A stretch of 63,295 nt of DNA, filler included. It is 10 parts of 10 records of this genome, joined end to end, with 100 filler letters (N's around TTAATTAATTAA, not from the genome) between each part and the next. Parts side by side here need not be neighbours in the genome. Positions count along the whole stretch, not along the records: positions 22,323 to 35,444 come from SRR11831585_688; positions 35,545 to 42,609 come from SRR11831585_692; 8 more parts are not named here. The stretch is one strand, 5' to 3'. The notes under the pieces were generated by a model. That model ran no database searches. It was not told the DNA's origin and saw only the letters and a list, made by a program, of their open reading frames with translations. A program made the translations under genes and the position numbers. Positions 24,485 to 36,866 of this stretch are shown piece by piece. The first letter of the stretch is position 1, and each line of letters starts with the position of its first letter.

Positions 24485-25972
24485 TTATAGCGTTACGCCG
24501 CTTTTGAAGATCGCCAGTTCGCGGAAGTCGTTACGCTCGTTACAGGTTTGCTTACCGTTGGCAAACTCAACGATGGTGTCGATAAATTCTTCCAGCAACT
24601 GCGGCATCGCTTTACCGTGGATCAACTGACCCGCGTCAAAGTCGATCCAGTGTTTTTTCTTCGCCGCCAGTTCACTGTTGGTGGCGATTTTCACCGTCGG
24701 CACAAATCCACCATACGGCGTGCCACGACCAGTACTGAACAGCACCATATGGCAGCCCGCACCCGCCAGGGCGCTGGTCGCTACGGCATCGTTACCCGGC
24801 GCACTTAACAAGTTCAGCCCTGGCGTTTTCAGACGCTCGCCGTAACGCAGCACGTCAACCACGACGCTGGAACCCGCTTTCTGGGTACAGCCAAGTGATT
24901 TGTCTTCCAGCGTGGTGATACCGCCCGCTTTGTTCCCCGGCGATGGGTTTTCATAGATCGGCTGATCATGGGCAATAAAGTACTGTTTGAAGTCGTTGAC
25001 CATGGTGACCAGTTTTTCAAACGTTGCTTCGTCGCGGCAATGGTCCATCAGCAACTGCTCTGCGCCAAACATCTCCGGCACTTCGGTCAGTACGGTAGTA
25101 CCGCCGTTAGCAATCACGTAGTCAGAGAAACGCCCCAGCATCGGGTTAGCAGTAATACCAGAAAGACCGTCAGAACCACCGCACTCCAGACCAAACTTCA
25201 GTTCGCTGAGTTTGCCTGGCTCGCGTTTATCGTTGCGCATCACGTTATACAGCTGATGCAAATGCTCGATTCCGGCTTCGATCTCATCATCCTGCTGTTG
25301 GCAGATCATGAAATGAACGCGTTCAGGATCGATATCGCCCAGCGTTTCACGGAATGCGGCAACCTGGTTGTTTTCACAGCCCAGACCAATCACCAGCACT
25401 GCGCCTGCGTTCGGGTGGCGCACCATGTTTTGCAGCATGGTGCGGGTATTAATGTGATCGTCGCCCAGCTGTGAGCAGCCGTAGGTGTGGCTGAAGAGGA
25501 ACACGCCGTCAGTACCTTCGGCGTTGTTGGTCTCTTTCAGAAAACGGTTCTGGATCTGCCGCGCGATGCCGTTGACACAGCCCACGGTTGGCAGGATCCA
25601 CAGCTCATTACGCACCCCGACATCGCCGTTAGCGCGACGATAGATCTGCACTTCACGATCTGCCGCTTGCGCAGGCAGATCCTGAAAATCAGGTTGATAG
25701 CGATACTGATCCAGATCGCTCAGATTCGTGCGCGTATTGTGGGCGTGAACGTGAACACCTGCCGCAATATCCGCCAATGCATAACCAATCGGCAGGCCAT
25801 ATTTGATGACATTGGCCCCTTTTGCGATATCCGTTAACGCAAATTTATGTCCACGAGCAACATCCTGGCGCAGCGTAACAGTCTGGTTATCGACACTGAC
25901 TTCTGTGCCTTCAGCCAAATCTGCTAAAGCGACCGCGACGTTATCCAGCGCATGGATCTTGATGTATTGCAT
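24485..25972 (-). CDS. uxaA: Altronate dehydratase
   Basis: SAF domain, GLECGGSD, NPSPGNKAGG. Confidence 0.97.
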   Translation of the reverse strand: MQYIKIHALDNVAVALADLAEGTEVSVDNQTVTLRQDVARGHKFALTDIAKGANVIKYGLPIGYALADIAAGVHVHAHNTRTNLSDLDQYRYQPDFQDLPAQAADREVQIYRRANGDVGVRNELWILPTVGCVNGIARQIQNRFLKETNNAEGTDGVFLFSHTYGCSQLGDDHINTRTMLQNMVRHPNAGAVLVIGLGCENNQVAAFRETLGDIDPERVHFMICQQQDDEIEAGIEHLHQLYNVMRNDKREPGKLSELKFGLECGGSDGLSGITANPMLGRFSDYVIANGGTTVLTEVPEMFGAEQLLMDHCRDEATFEKLVTMVNDFKQYFIAHDQPIYENPSPGNKAGGITTLEDKSLGCTQKAGSSVVVDVLRYGERLKTPGLNLLSAPGNDAVATSALAGAGCHMVLFSTGRGTPYGGFVPTVKIATNSELAAKKKHWIDFDAGQLIHGKAMPQLLEEFIDTIVEFANGKQTCNERNDFRELAIFKSGVTL

Positions 25973-25986
25973 ATCAACCCCAGACC

Positions 25987-27501
<1,515 letters not shown>

Positions 27502-27881
27502 TCAATAAACGTAGTTAAAAAAATTACTCTCAAAGTGGTAAATCTCGCTGCAGGCCGCGCCAGTACTGGCCTTGCTGTCGTCAGGTAATGTCCCTACAAA
27601 TATTCCCACATTTGTGATGGCTCTCACCTTTTAAAGTTGTATGACAAGTTATCTTTCTGCCGTCGCAAATCATAAGTCGACGGAATGCAAATTGCCGATT
27701 CATTCATTTGTTAGATGAATCGGGTTAACCGGTACGGAAGCCGAATTAGCACGAAACTTTCATGGCAACGTTCGGGGCGTGCCGGTTTTTTTTCGGTTAC
27801 CCGGTCGTAACTAACATCTTCAGCCTCTGGCGGGATGATGGCCGCGCTTCCTGCGGATATAACAAAACGATGAGGTTTTAC

Positions 27882-29180
27882 ATGCGTAAAATTAAAGGGT
27901 TACGTTGGTATATGATCGCACTGGTGACGCTCGGCACCGTGCTTGGTTACCTGACGCGTAACACTGTGGCGGCAGCTGCGCCAACTCTGATGGAAGAGTT
28001 AAACATCTCCACCCAACAGTATTCCTATATCATCGCAGCCTATTCTGCTGCTTATACGGTCATGCAACCGGTAGCAGGTTATGTACTGGATGTGCTGGGT
28101 ACGAAAATCGGTTATGCAATGTTTGCTGTGCTGTGGGCCGTGTTCTGTGGTGCAACCGCGCTGGCAGGTAGCTGGGGTGGCCTGGCTGTTGCTCGTGGTG
28201 CGGTCGGTGCCGCGGAAGCAGCGATGATCCCGGCGGGTCTGAAAGCCAGCTCCGAATGGTTCCCGGCGAAAGAGCGTTCCATCGCAGTAGGCTACTTTAA
28301 CGTAGGTTCTTCGATTGGTGCGATGATTGCGCCGCCGCTGGTGGTATGGGCAATCGTAATGCACAGCTGGCAGATGGCATTTATCATCTCCGGTGCATTG
28401 AGCTTTATCTGGGCGATGGCATGGCTGATTTTCTATAAACATCCGCGCGACCAGAAGCATCTGACCGATGAAGAACGCGACTATATTATTAATGGTCAGG
28501 AAGCCCAGCACCAGGTGAGCACGGCGAAGAAAATGTCCGTTGGTCAGATCCTGCGTAACCGTCAGTTCTGGGGTATCGCGCTGCCGCGTTTCCTGGCAGA
28601 ACCGGCCTGGGGTACTTTTAACGCGTGGATCCCGCTGTTCATGTTTAAAGTTTACGGCTTTAACCTGAAAGAGATCGCGATGTTCGCCTGGATGCCGATG
28701 CTGTTTGCTGACCTCGGTTGTATCCTCGGTGGTTACCTGCCGCCGCTGTTCCAGCGTTGGTTTGGTGTGAACCTGATCGTTTCCCGTAAGATGGTCGTAA
28801 CGCTGGGTGCAGTGCTGATGATTGGCCCGGGTATGATCGGCCTGTTCACCAACCCGTATGTCGCAATTATGCTGCTGTGTATCGGTGGTTTTGCCCACCA
28901 GGCACTGTCTGGCGCGCTGATTACGCTCTCTTCCGATGTGTTTGGTCGTAACGAAGTGGCAACGGCAAACGGTTTAACCGGGATGTCCGCATGGCTGGCA
29001 AGTACGCTGTTTGCGCTGGTTGTCGGTGCACTGGCTGACACCATCGGCTTCAGCCCGCTGTTCGCAGTTCTGGCAGTGTTCGACCTGTTAGGTGCGCTGG
29101 TTATCTGGACCGTGTTGCAGAACAAACCGGCGATTGAGGTGGCGCAGGAAACACATAACGATCCCGCACCGCAACATTAA
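27882..29180 (+). CDS. exuT: Hexuronate MFS transporter (alternative start 27762)
   Basis: MRKIKGLRW.., ACS-family MFS. Confidence 0.97.
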   Translation: MRKIKGLRWYMIALVTLGTVLGYLTRNTVAAAAPTLMEELNISTQQYSYIIAAYSAAYTVMQPVAGYVLDVLGTKIGYAMFAVLWAVFCGATALAGSWGGLAVARGAVGAAEAAMIPAGLKASSEWFPAKERSIAVGYFNVGSSIGAMIAPPLVVWAIVMHSWQMAFIISGALSFIWAMAWLIFYKHPRDQKHLTDEERDYIINGQEAQHQVSTAKKMSVGQILRNRQFWGIALPRFLAEPAWGTFNAWIPLFMFKVYGFNLKEIAMFAWMPMLFADLGCILGGYLPPLFQRWFGVNLIVSRKMVVTLGAVLMIGPGMIGLFTNPYVAIMLLCIGGFAHQALSGALITLSSDVFGRNEVATANGLTGMSAWLASTLFALVVGALADTIGFSPLFAVLAVFDLLGALVIWTVLQNKPAIEVAQETHNDPAPQH

Positions 29181-29208
29181 CGTTTCGTGTAAGTTTTAGT
29201 TTCCCTTC

Positions 29209-29234
29209 AAAGCCGCCTTCTCAGGCGGCTTTTT
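29209..29234 (+). terminator. Rho-independent terminator after exuT
   Basis: aagccgcct-tctc-aggcggcttttt. Confidence 0.8.
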
Positions 29235-29309
29235 CATCACTGCGAGTAGAGCTAAACTCGCAAAAGTGGTATAACAAATATAGTCTGCCGTATCATGCCT
29301 GGAGCGCAT

Positions 29310-30086
29310 ATGGAAATCACTGAACCACGCCGTTTGTATCAACAACTTGCCGCTGACCTGAAAGAGCGCATCGAACAGGGCGTCTATCTGGTGGGTGATA
29401 AACTGCCTGCAGAACGCTTTATTGCCGATGAAAAGAACGTCAGCCGTACGGTAGTTCGTGAAGCCATCATCATGCTGGAAGTTGAAGGCTATGTCGAAGT
29501 GCGTAAAGGTTCAGGTATTCATGTGGTTTCCAACCAGCCGCGCCATCAGCAGGCGGCTGACAATAATATGGAATTCGCCAATTACGGTCCGTTTGAGTTG
29601 CTTCAGGCTCGCCAGCTCATCGAAAGTAATATTGCCGAATTCGCGGCAACTCAGGTAACGAAACAGGACATCATGAAACTGATGGCCATTCAGGAACAGG
29701 CGCGCGGCGAACAATGCTTCCGTGATTCCGAGTGGGATTTGCAGTTCCACATTCAGGTCGCTCTGGCGACGCAGAACTCCGCCCTGGCGGCTATCGTGGA
29801 AAAAATGTGGACCCAGCGTAGTCATAACCCGTACTGGAAAAAACTGCACGAACACATTGATTCCCGTACCGTCGATAACTGGTGTGATGACCACGATCAA
29901 ATCCTCAAGGCGCTGATTCGCAAAGATCCTCATGCTGCTAAGCTGGCAATGTGGCAGCATCTGGAAAACACCAAGATCATGTTATTTAACGAAACCAGCG
30001 ACGACTTCGAGTTCAATGCCGACCGCTATCTATTCGCCGAAAACCCGGTGGTGCATCTCGATACAGCCACCAGCGGCAGTAAATGA
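29310..30086 (+). CDS. exuR: GntR/FadR-family repressor ExuR
   Basis: [14 protein letters not shown] winged HTH plus FCD domain. Confidence 0.97.
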   Translation: MEITEPRRLYQQLAADLKERIEQGVYLVGDKLPAERFIADEKNVSRTVVREAIIMLEVEGYVEVRKGSGIHVVSNQPRHQQAADNNMEFANYGPFELLQARQLIESNIAEFAATQVTKQDIMKLMAIQEQARGEQCFRDSEWDLQFHIQVALATQNSALAAIVEKMWTQRSHNPYWKKLHEHIDSRTVDNWCDDHDQILKALIRKDPHAAKLAMWQHLENTKIMLFNETSDDFEFNADRYLFAENPVVHLDTATSGSK

Positions 30087-30430
30087 AATTCCTGTCCGAC
30101 AGGCGCTGCAATGCGCCTGTTTGTCTCGTCGGTAAGCGAAAAGTATAAAGTGTCAGCCTGTGTAAATCCTCTCGCCACCCTCCCCTGCATTCAGCAAAAT
30201 CAGACTCCACGGACATGTAATTTTGATAACGAACAACGTTGACCTTTGTTACAATTAGATTCAATTTGAATTTATGTTTTTGAATGCTTTCTTATCTCAC
30301 GATTTAACAGGGAATAGTTCAGGCTGTGTTGATGTATCAAACCCGCAGAACATACCAAAACAGCAATAACATTGCGGTAGTGCATCTTTTAAAACCAGCG
30401 TGGCGTTAACCGATTCACCAGGAATAATGA

Positions 30431-31092
30431 ATGGAACTTTTGACCCAATTGCTGCAAGCCCTGTGGGCGCAGGATTTTGAAACCCTGGCCAATCCATCGA
30501 TGATTGGCATGTTGTATTTTGTCTTGTTTGTAATTTTGTTCCTTGAAAACGGCTTGCTTCCGGCGGCCTTTTTACCGGGCGACAGTTTACTGGTATTGGT
30601 CGGCGTGTTGATTGCGAAAGGCGCGATGGGCTATCCGCAAACGATTCTGCTGCTGACCGTTGCCGCCAGCCTCGGCTGCTGGGTCAGCTATATTCAGGGG
30701 CGATGGCTGGGCAATACCCGCACCGTACAAAACTGGCTATCTCATTTACCCGCGCATTATCATCAACGCGCACACCATCTTTTTCATAAACACGGTTTAT
30801 CGGCGCTGTTAATTGGTCGCTTTATTGCGTTTGTCAGAACACTGCTGCCGACGATTGCCGGGTTATCAGGGCTGAATAACGCGCGCTTTCAGTTTTTCAA
30901 CTGGATGAGCGGTCTGCTGTGGGTATTGATCCTGACAACTCTGGGTTACATGCTCGGCAAAACGCCGGTATTTTTAAAGTACGAGGACCAGCTGATGTCA
31001 TGCCTGATGCTGCTCCCGGTGGTGCTGCTGGTGTTTGGCCTGGCAGGTTCTCTGGTCGTGTTATGGAAAAAGAATATGGAAATCGGGGGTAA
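30431..31092 (+). CDS. yqjA: DedA-family protein YqjA, with an apparent 1-nt deletion near the 3' end
   Basis: [17 protein letters not shown]. The expected end ..KKKYGNRG* (TAA at 31090) lies in another frame. Confidence 0.95.
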
Positions 31093-31095
31093 GGG

Positions 31096-31476
31096 ATGCA
31101 AATACCTCGCATGTCGCTTCGCCAGCTAGCCTGGTCCGGCGCTGTTTTACTTCTGGTCGGCACGCTGTTGCTGGCCTGGTCCGCGGTTCGCCAGCAAGAG
31201 TCTACGCTGGCGATTCGTGCCGTTCATCAAGGCACAACGATGCCAGACGGTTTTTCAATCTGGCATCACCTTGACGCTCATGGCATTCCTTTCAAAGTAT
31301 CACCCCAAAACGACACTCTGTTAATTACATTTGACTCCAGCGACCAGAGCGCCGCCGCAAAAGCGGTCCTCGACAGAACATTGCCCCATGGCTACATCAT
31401 TGCGCAGCAGGACAATAACAGTCAGGCTATGCAGTGGCTGACCCGGTTACGGGATAACTCTCATCGCTTCGGATAA
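31096..31476 (+). CDS. mzrA: EnvZ/OmpR modulator MzrA
   Basis: TM helix plus PDGF motif; locally scrambled FKVSPQND. Confidence 0.93.
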   Translation: MQIPRMSLRQLAWSGAVLLLVGTLLLAWSAVRQQESTLAIRAVHQGTTMPDGFSIWHHLDAHGIPFKVSPQNDTLLITFDSSDQSAAAKAVLDRTLPHGYIIAQQDNNSQAMQWLTRLRDNSHRFG

Positions 31477-31622
31477 CTTCCTGTTATCCGAAACATATCA
31501 CTCACTTTGGTGATTTCACCGTAACTGTCTATGATTAATGAGGCGGTGGTTAACACTACCGCTTCGTTGTCTGGACAATCGTTCCTTTGTAATAGGTCCG
31601 AATCACAATGGAAGGTTCAAGA

Positions 31623-31991
31623 ATGAAATACCGCATCGCTTTAGCTGTTTCTCTCTTTGCTCTTAGTGCCGGTAGTTATGCCACTACCCTGTGTCAGGAA
31701 AAGGAGCAAAATATCCTTAAGGAGATCAGCTATGCCGAAAAACACCAAAACCAGAATCGTATTGACGGTCTGAATAAAGCCCTGAGTGAAGTCCGGGCCA
31801 ACTGTTCAGATAGCCAGCTGCGTGCCGATCATCAGAAGAAAATCGCAAAGCAGAAAGATGAGGTGGCGGAACGCCAGCAAGATTTAGCCGAGGCGAAGCA
31901 AAAAGGCGATGCCGATAAGATTGCCAAACGCGAACGGAAACTGGCAGAAGCGCAGGAAGAGCTGAAAAAGCTGGAAGCGCGCGACTACTAA
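31623..31991 (+). CDS. yqjC: DUF1090 periplasmic protein YqjC
   Basis: Signal peptide and coiled coil; synteny. Confidence 0.93.
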   Translation: MKYRIALAVSLFALSAGSYATTLCQEKEQNILKEISYAEKHQNQNRIDGLNKALSEVRANCSDSQLRADHQKKIAKQKDEVAERQQDLAEAKQKGDADKIAKRERKLAEAQEELKKLEARDY

Positions 31992-32028
31992 CTCACAATA
32001 GTCACTACTTACTCACCTGGAGAAAACT

Positions 32029-32334
32029 ATGTCGAAAGAACACACTACGGAACATCTGCGTGCTGAGTTGAAATCCCTTTCCGATACGCTGGAAGAGGTG
32101 CTTAGCTCATCTGGCGAGAAGTCGAAAGAAGAGTTGAGTAAGATTCGTAGCAAAGCGGAGCAGGCACTGAAACAGAGCCGTTATCGCCTGGGTGAAACCG
32201 GTGATGCCATTGCCAAACAAACCCGTGTCGCGGCGGCGCGTGCCGATGAGTATGTGCGCGAAAATCCGTGGACGGGCGTGGGCATTGGCGCTGCAATCGG
32301 TGTAGTGCTCGGCGTTCTGCTGTCGCGTCGTTAA
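32029..32334 (+). CDS. yqjD: Ribosome-binding membrane protein YqjD (ElaB family)
   Basis: ENPW..GIGAAIGVVLGVLLSRR tail anchor. Confidence 0.96.
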   Translation: MSKEHTTEHLRAELKSLSDTLEEVLSSSGEKSKEELSKIRSKAEQALKQSRYRLGETGDAIAKQTRVAAARADEYVRENPWTGVGIGAAIGVVLGVLLSRR

Positions 32335-32336
32335 TT

Positions 32337-32741
32337 ATGGCGGACACTCATCACGCACAAGGGCCCGGTAAAAGCGTTCTGGGCATCGGGCAGCGAATTG
32401 TTTCTATCATGGTTGAAATGGTAGAGACACGTCTGCGGCTGGCGGTGGTGGAGCTGGAAGAGGAAAAAGCGAATCTCTTTCAACTTTTACTGATGCTGGG
32501 CCTGACGATGCTTTTCGCTGCATTTGGTCTTATGAGCCTGATGGTGCTAATTATTTGGGCGGTTGACCCGCAATATCGCCTGAATGCGATGATTGCCACC
32601 ACCGTGGTGTTGCTGCTACTGGCACTGATTGGCGGTATCTGGACGCTACGTAAATCGCGTAAGTCTACGTTGCTGCGCCATACACGCCATGAGTTAGCAA
32701 ACGATCGGCAGCTGCTCGAGGAGGAGTCCCGTGAGCAGTAA
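32337..32741 (+). CDS. yqjE: Holin-like membrane protein YqjE
   Basis: ETRLRLAVVELEEEK plus 2 TM helices. Confidence 0.94.
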   Translation: MADTHHAQGPGKSVLGIGQRIVSIMVEMVETRLRLAVVELEEEKANLFQLLLMLGLTMLFAAFGLMSLMVLIIWAVDPQYRLNAMIATTVVLLLLALIGGIWTLRKSRKSTLLRHTRHELANDRQLLEEESREQ

Positions 32742-33030
32742 AGTCGAACGTGAACGACGTAAGGCGCAACTGCTTAGCCAGATCCAGCAACAACGGCTGG
32801 ATCTTTCCGCCAGTCGTCGTGAATGGCTGGAGACAACAGGCGCTTACGATCGTCGCTGGAATATGCTGCTAAGTCTGCGCTCCTGGGCGCTGGTTGGCAG
32901 TAGCGTGATGGCGATCTGGACGATTCGCCATCCTAATATGCTGGTCCGCTGGGCCAGACGCGGTTTTGGCGTATGGAGCGCCTGGCGTCTGGTTAAAACG
33001 ACCCTCAAGCAGCAACAGCTTCGCGGTTAA
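32731..33030 (+). CDS. yqjK: YqjK (GTG start)
   Basis: Recognised sequence; overlaps the yqjE stop. Confidence 0.92.
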   Translation: MSSKVERERRKAQLLSQIQQQRLDLSASRREWLETTGAYDRRWNMLLSLRSWALVGSSVMAIWTIRHPNMLVRWARRGFGVWSAWRLVKTTLKQQQLRG

Positions 33031-33215
33031 CTTCCCTCTGGCCGGAGCCATTCCGGCCTTATCCCTCAAATTTTTTGAAGATTTTTGACAGTTTTCCTTG
33101 CTAACAATCATCATTCACCACGTTTATGATTCTCTCCATCGACAGCAACGACGCTAATACCGCGCCATTGCACAAAAAAACAATCAGCAGCCTGAGTGGC
33201 GCAGTGGAGAGTATG

Positions 33216-33608
33216 ATGAAAAAATTAGAAGATGTTGGTGTACTGGTAGCGCGCATTTTAATGCCGATTCTGTTTATTACCGCTGGCTGGGGAAAAATTA
33301 CTGGCTACGCGGGTACCCAACAATATATGGAAGCAATGGGCGTCCCGGGTTTTATGCTGCCACTGGTGATTCTGCTTGAGTTTGGTGGTGGTCTGGCAAT
33401 CCTGTTCGGTTTCCTGACTCGCACCACAGCCCTGTTTACTGCGGGCTTTACGCTGCTGACGGCATTTTTATTTCACAGCAACTTTGCTGAAGGCGTCAAC
33501 TCGCTGATGTTCATGAAAAACCTGACAATTTCTGGCGGATTCCTGCTGCTGGCAATTACCGGTCCGGGCGCGTATAGCATCGACCGCCTGCTGAATAAAA
33601 AGTGGTAA
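33216..33608 (+). CDS. yqjF: DoxX-family membrane protein YqjF
   Basis: FMKNL..GG, GPGAYSID. Confidence 0.93.
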   Translation: MKKLEDVGVLVARILMPILFITAGWGKITGYAGTQQYMEAMGVPGFMLPLVILLEFGGGLAILFGFLTRTTALFTAGFTLLTAFLFHSNFAEGVNSLMFMKNLTISGGFLLLAITGPGAYSIDRLLNKKW

Positions 33609-33628
33609 GCACGCGCTATACTTAACGA

Positions 33629-33658
33629 TAAAAAACGAGGAGGAAGCTCCTCGTTTTT
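33629..33658 (+). terminator. Hairpin/terminator after yqjF
   Basis: aaaaacgaggag-gaag-ctcctcgttttt. Confidence 0.75.
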
Positions 33659-33677
33659 GCTATTGGAGGAGAGAAAA

Positions 33678-34664
33678 ATGGGTCAACTGATTGACGGCGT
33701 CTGGCATGACACCTGGTACGATACCAAATCTACCGGCGGTAAATTTCAACGTTCAGCTTCCGCATTTCGTAACTGGCTCACTGCCGATGGCGCTCCTGGC
33801 CCCACTGGCACAGGCGGTTTTATCGCAGAGAAAGATCGTTATCATCTCTATGTTTCACTCGCCTGCCCGTGGGCGCACCGCACGCTGATCATGCGCAAAC
33901 TCAAAGGACTGGAACCGTTTATTTCCGTTTCCGTAGTGAACCCGCTGATGCTGGAAAACGGTTGGACCTTTGATGACAGTTTTCCGGGAGCAACCGGAGA
34001 CACGCTCTATCAAAATGAATTTCTGTATCAGCTTTATCTCCACGCCGATCCACACTACAGCGGACGAGTTACTGTTCCCGTGCTGTGGGACAAAAAGAAC
34101 CACACCATCGTCAGCAACGAATCAGCAGAAATCATCCGCATGTTCAATACCGCGTTTGATGCGCTGGGCGCGAAAGCGGGTGATTACTACCCTCCAGCCC
34201 TGCAAACAAAAATTGACGAACTTAACGGCTGGATTTATGACACCGTTAACAACGGCGTGTATAAAGCTGGTTTTGCCACCAGCCAGGAAGCTTACGACGA
34301 GGCGGTGGCGAAAGTGTTTGAATCGCTGGCACGACTGGAGCAGATTTTAGGCCAGCATCGTTACCTGACCGGCAACCAGCTAACCGAAGCCGATATTCGC
34401 CTGTGGACTACGCTGGTGCGTTTTGATCCGGTGTATGTGACCCACTTCAAGTGTGATAAGCACCGCATCAGCGATTACCTGAATCTGTACGGTTTTCTGC
34501 GCGATATCTACCAGATGCCGGGGATCGCCGAAACAGTCAATTTCGATCATATCCGTAATCATTACTTCCGCAGCCATAAGACCATCAACCCTACGGGGAT
34601 TATTTCAATTGGTCCGTGGCAGGATCTCGATGAACCGCATGGACGAGATGTTCGCTTCGGTTAA
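33678..34664 (+). CDS. yqjG: Glutathionyl-hydroquinone reductase
   Basis: CPWAHR, TVPVLWD, NNGVYK. Confidence 0.97.
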   Translation: MGQLIDGVWHDTWYDTKSTGGKFQRSASAFRNWLTADGAPGPTGTGGFIAEKDRYHLYVSLACPWAHRTLIMRKLKGLEPFISVSVVNPLMLENGWTFDDSFPGATGDTLYQNEFLYQLYLHADPHYSGRVTVPVLWDKKNHTIVSNESAEIIRMFNTAFDALGAKAGDYYPPALQTKIDELNGWIYDTVNNGVYKAGFATSQEAYDEAVAKVFESLARLEQILGQHRYLTGNQLTEADIRLWTTLVRFDPVYVTHFKCDKHRISDYLNLYGFLRDIYQMPGIAETVNFDHIRNHYFRSHKTINPTGIISIGPWQDLDEPHGRDVRFG

Positions 34665-34715
34665 AAAAAGGCACCTTACGAGGTGCCTCTGATAATTAGC
34701 TAAGTGCATGTTGTT

Positions 34716-34820
34716 CATGTCGGATGTGGCATGAACGCCTTATCTGACATACAAAACATTGTACATTCAATAGATTGCATAACCCGCGCAGACCAGATAA
34801 GCGTAGCGCATCTGGCGATT
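34716..34820. repeat. Degenerate REP pair
   Basis: gtcggatgtggcatgaacgccttatctgac; ccagataagcgtagcgcatctggc. Confidence 0.8.
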
Positions 34821-34957
34821 TTGCGCTTGTCATCAGTCTTAGCGCGCCTTCACGGCACTTTATTAATTCCTTGAACGAATATTTACTGCCATTTCATTCA
34901 CGTCTATTCTTAATTTGCTGCTTTAAAAACAAGTGATTGAGCAAAATTGAGGCAAAA

Positions 34958-35323
34958 ATGGACTGGTATCTGAAAGTACTAAAAAATTATGTCGGTTTCC
35001 GGGGTCGTGCGCGGCGCAAAGAGTACTGGATGTTTATTCTGGTCAACATCATCTTTACGTTCGTGCTGGGGCTGCTGGATAAAATGTTAGGCTGGCAACG
35101 CGCTGGTGGCGAAGGCATCCTGACGACAATCTACGGTATTCTGGTGTTTTTACCGTGGTGGGCGGTTCAGTTCCGCCGCCTGCACGACACCGACCGCTCG
35201 GCGTGGTGGGCACTGCTATTCTTAATCCCGTTTATCGGCTGGCTTATTATCATCGTCTTTAACTGCCAGGCGGGTACGCCAGGCGAAAACCGCTTTGGAC
35301 CAGATCCAAAACTGGAACCTTAA
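34958..35323 (+). CDS. yhaH: DUF805 membrane protein YhaH
   Basis: GRARRKEYW, RRLHDT, NRFGPDP. Confidence 0.93.
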   Translation: MDWYLKVLKNYVGFRGRARRKEYWMFILVNIIFTFVLGLLDKMLGWQRAGGEGILTTIYGILVFLPWWAVQFRRLHDTDRSAWWALLFLIPFIGWLIIIVFNCQAGTPGENRFGPDPKLEP

Positions 35324-35544
35324 AACAAATCTGCTCGCCGGATGTCTGACTCATCCGGCTTTTATCATTATGTTGATGAATGAATAATTTACTAATGTTT
35401 ATTTAAAATATTTCAATGTCGTTATATAAATTACCTATAAAAAANNNNNNNNNNNNNNNNNNNNNNNNNNNNNNNNNNNNNNNNNNNNTTAATTAATTAA
35501 NNNNNNNNNNNNNNNNNNNNNNNNNNNNNNNNNNNNNNNNNNNN

Positions 35545-35805
35545 CTGACCTTACCGGGAATTATTGTTGGTACGGTACTGGCTTTTGCTCGTTCTCTCGG
35601 TGAGTTTGGTGCAACCATCACCTTTGTGTCGAACATTCCTGGTGAAACGCGAACCATTCCTTCTGCCATGTATACCCTGATCCAGACCCCCGGCGGGGAA
35701 AGTGGAGCGGCGAGACTGTGCATTATTTCTATTGCGCTGGCGATGATCTCCCTGTTGATTTCAGAATGGCTGGCCAGAATCAGCCGTGAACGGGCGGGGC
35801 GCTAA
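35545..35805 (+). CDS. modB: Molybdate ABC permease, 3' fragment
   Basis: [19 protein letters not shown] immediately before modC. Confidence 0.95.
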
Positions 35806-35807
35806 TC

Positions 35808-36866
35808 ATGCTGGAACTGAATTTTTCCCAGACGTTGGGCAACCATTGCCTGACTATTAATGAAACGCTGCCCGCCAATGGCATCACTGCTATCTTTGGC
35901 GTCTCCGGTGCCGGAAAAACTTCGCTGATTAACGCCATCAGTGGACTGACGCGCCCGCAAAAAGGGCGGATTGTCCTCAATGGGCGGGTACTAAATGATG
36001 CCGAAAAAGGTATCTGCCTGACGCCGGAAAAGCGTCGCGTTGGCTATGTTTTTCAGGATGCGCGGCTGTTCCCGCATTACAAAGTGCGTGGCAATCTGCG
36101 CTACGGCATGTCGAAAAGTATGGTCGATCAGTTCGATAAGCTGGTGGCGCTTTTAGGCATTGAACCGTTGCTTGACCGTTTACCAGGCAGCCTGTCCGGA
36201 GGCGAAAAACAGCGCGTGGCGATTGGTCGGGCTTTGCTGACAGCACCGGAATTGCTGTTGCTGGATGAACCGCTGGCGTCACTGGATATTCCGCGTAAAC
36301 GCGAACTGTTGCCTTATCTGCAACGGCTGACACGGGAAATCAACATTCCGATGTTGTATGTCAGCCATTCGCTGGATGAGATCCTCCATCTGGCAGACAG
36401 AGTGATGGTACTGGAAAACGGTCAGGTGAAAGCCTTTGGCGCGCTGGAGGAAGTGTGGGGCAGTAGCGTGATGAATCCGTGGCTGCCGAAAGAGCAACAA
36501 AGTAGCATTCTGAAAGTGACGGTGCTTGAGCATCATCCGCATTACGCGATGACCGCGCTGGCGCTGGGCGATCAGCATTTGTGGGTCAATAAGCTGGACG
36601 AACCGCTGCAAGCTGCGCTACGTATCCGCATTCAGGCTTCCGATGTTTCTCTGGTTTTACAACCGCCGCAGCAAACCAGCATTCGTAACGTATTGCGGGC
36701 AAAAGTTGTTAATAGTTATGACGACAACGGCCAGGTGGAAGTGGAACTGGAAGTCGGCGGTAAAACGCTGTGGGCGCGTATCAGCCCGTGGGCCAGGGAT
36801 GAACTGGCGATCAAACCTGGCCTGTGGCTGTACGCGCAAATTAAAAGTGTGTCGATAACCGCCTGA
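35808..36866 (+). CDS. modC: Molybdate ABC ATPase
   Basis: [21 protein letters not shown] domain. Confidence 0.98.

Noticed and set aside
31623..33030. yqjCDEK holin-like cluster as a prophage remnant
   Set aside because: Core enterobacterial stationary-phase operon with no phage genes nearby.
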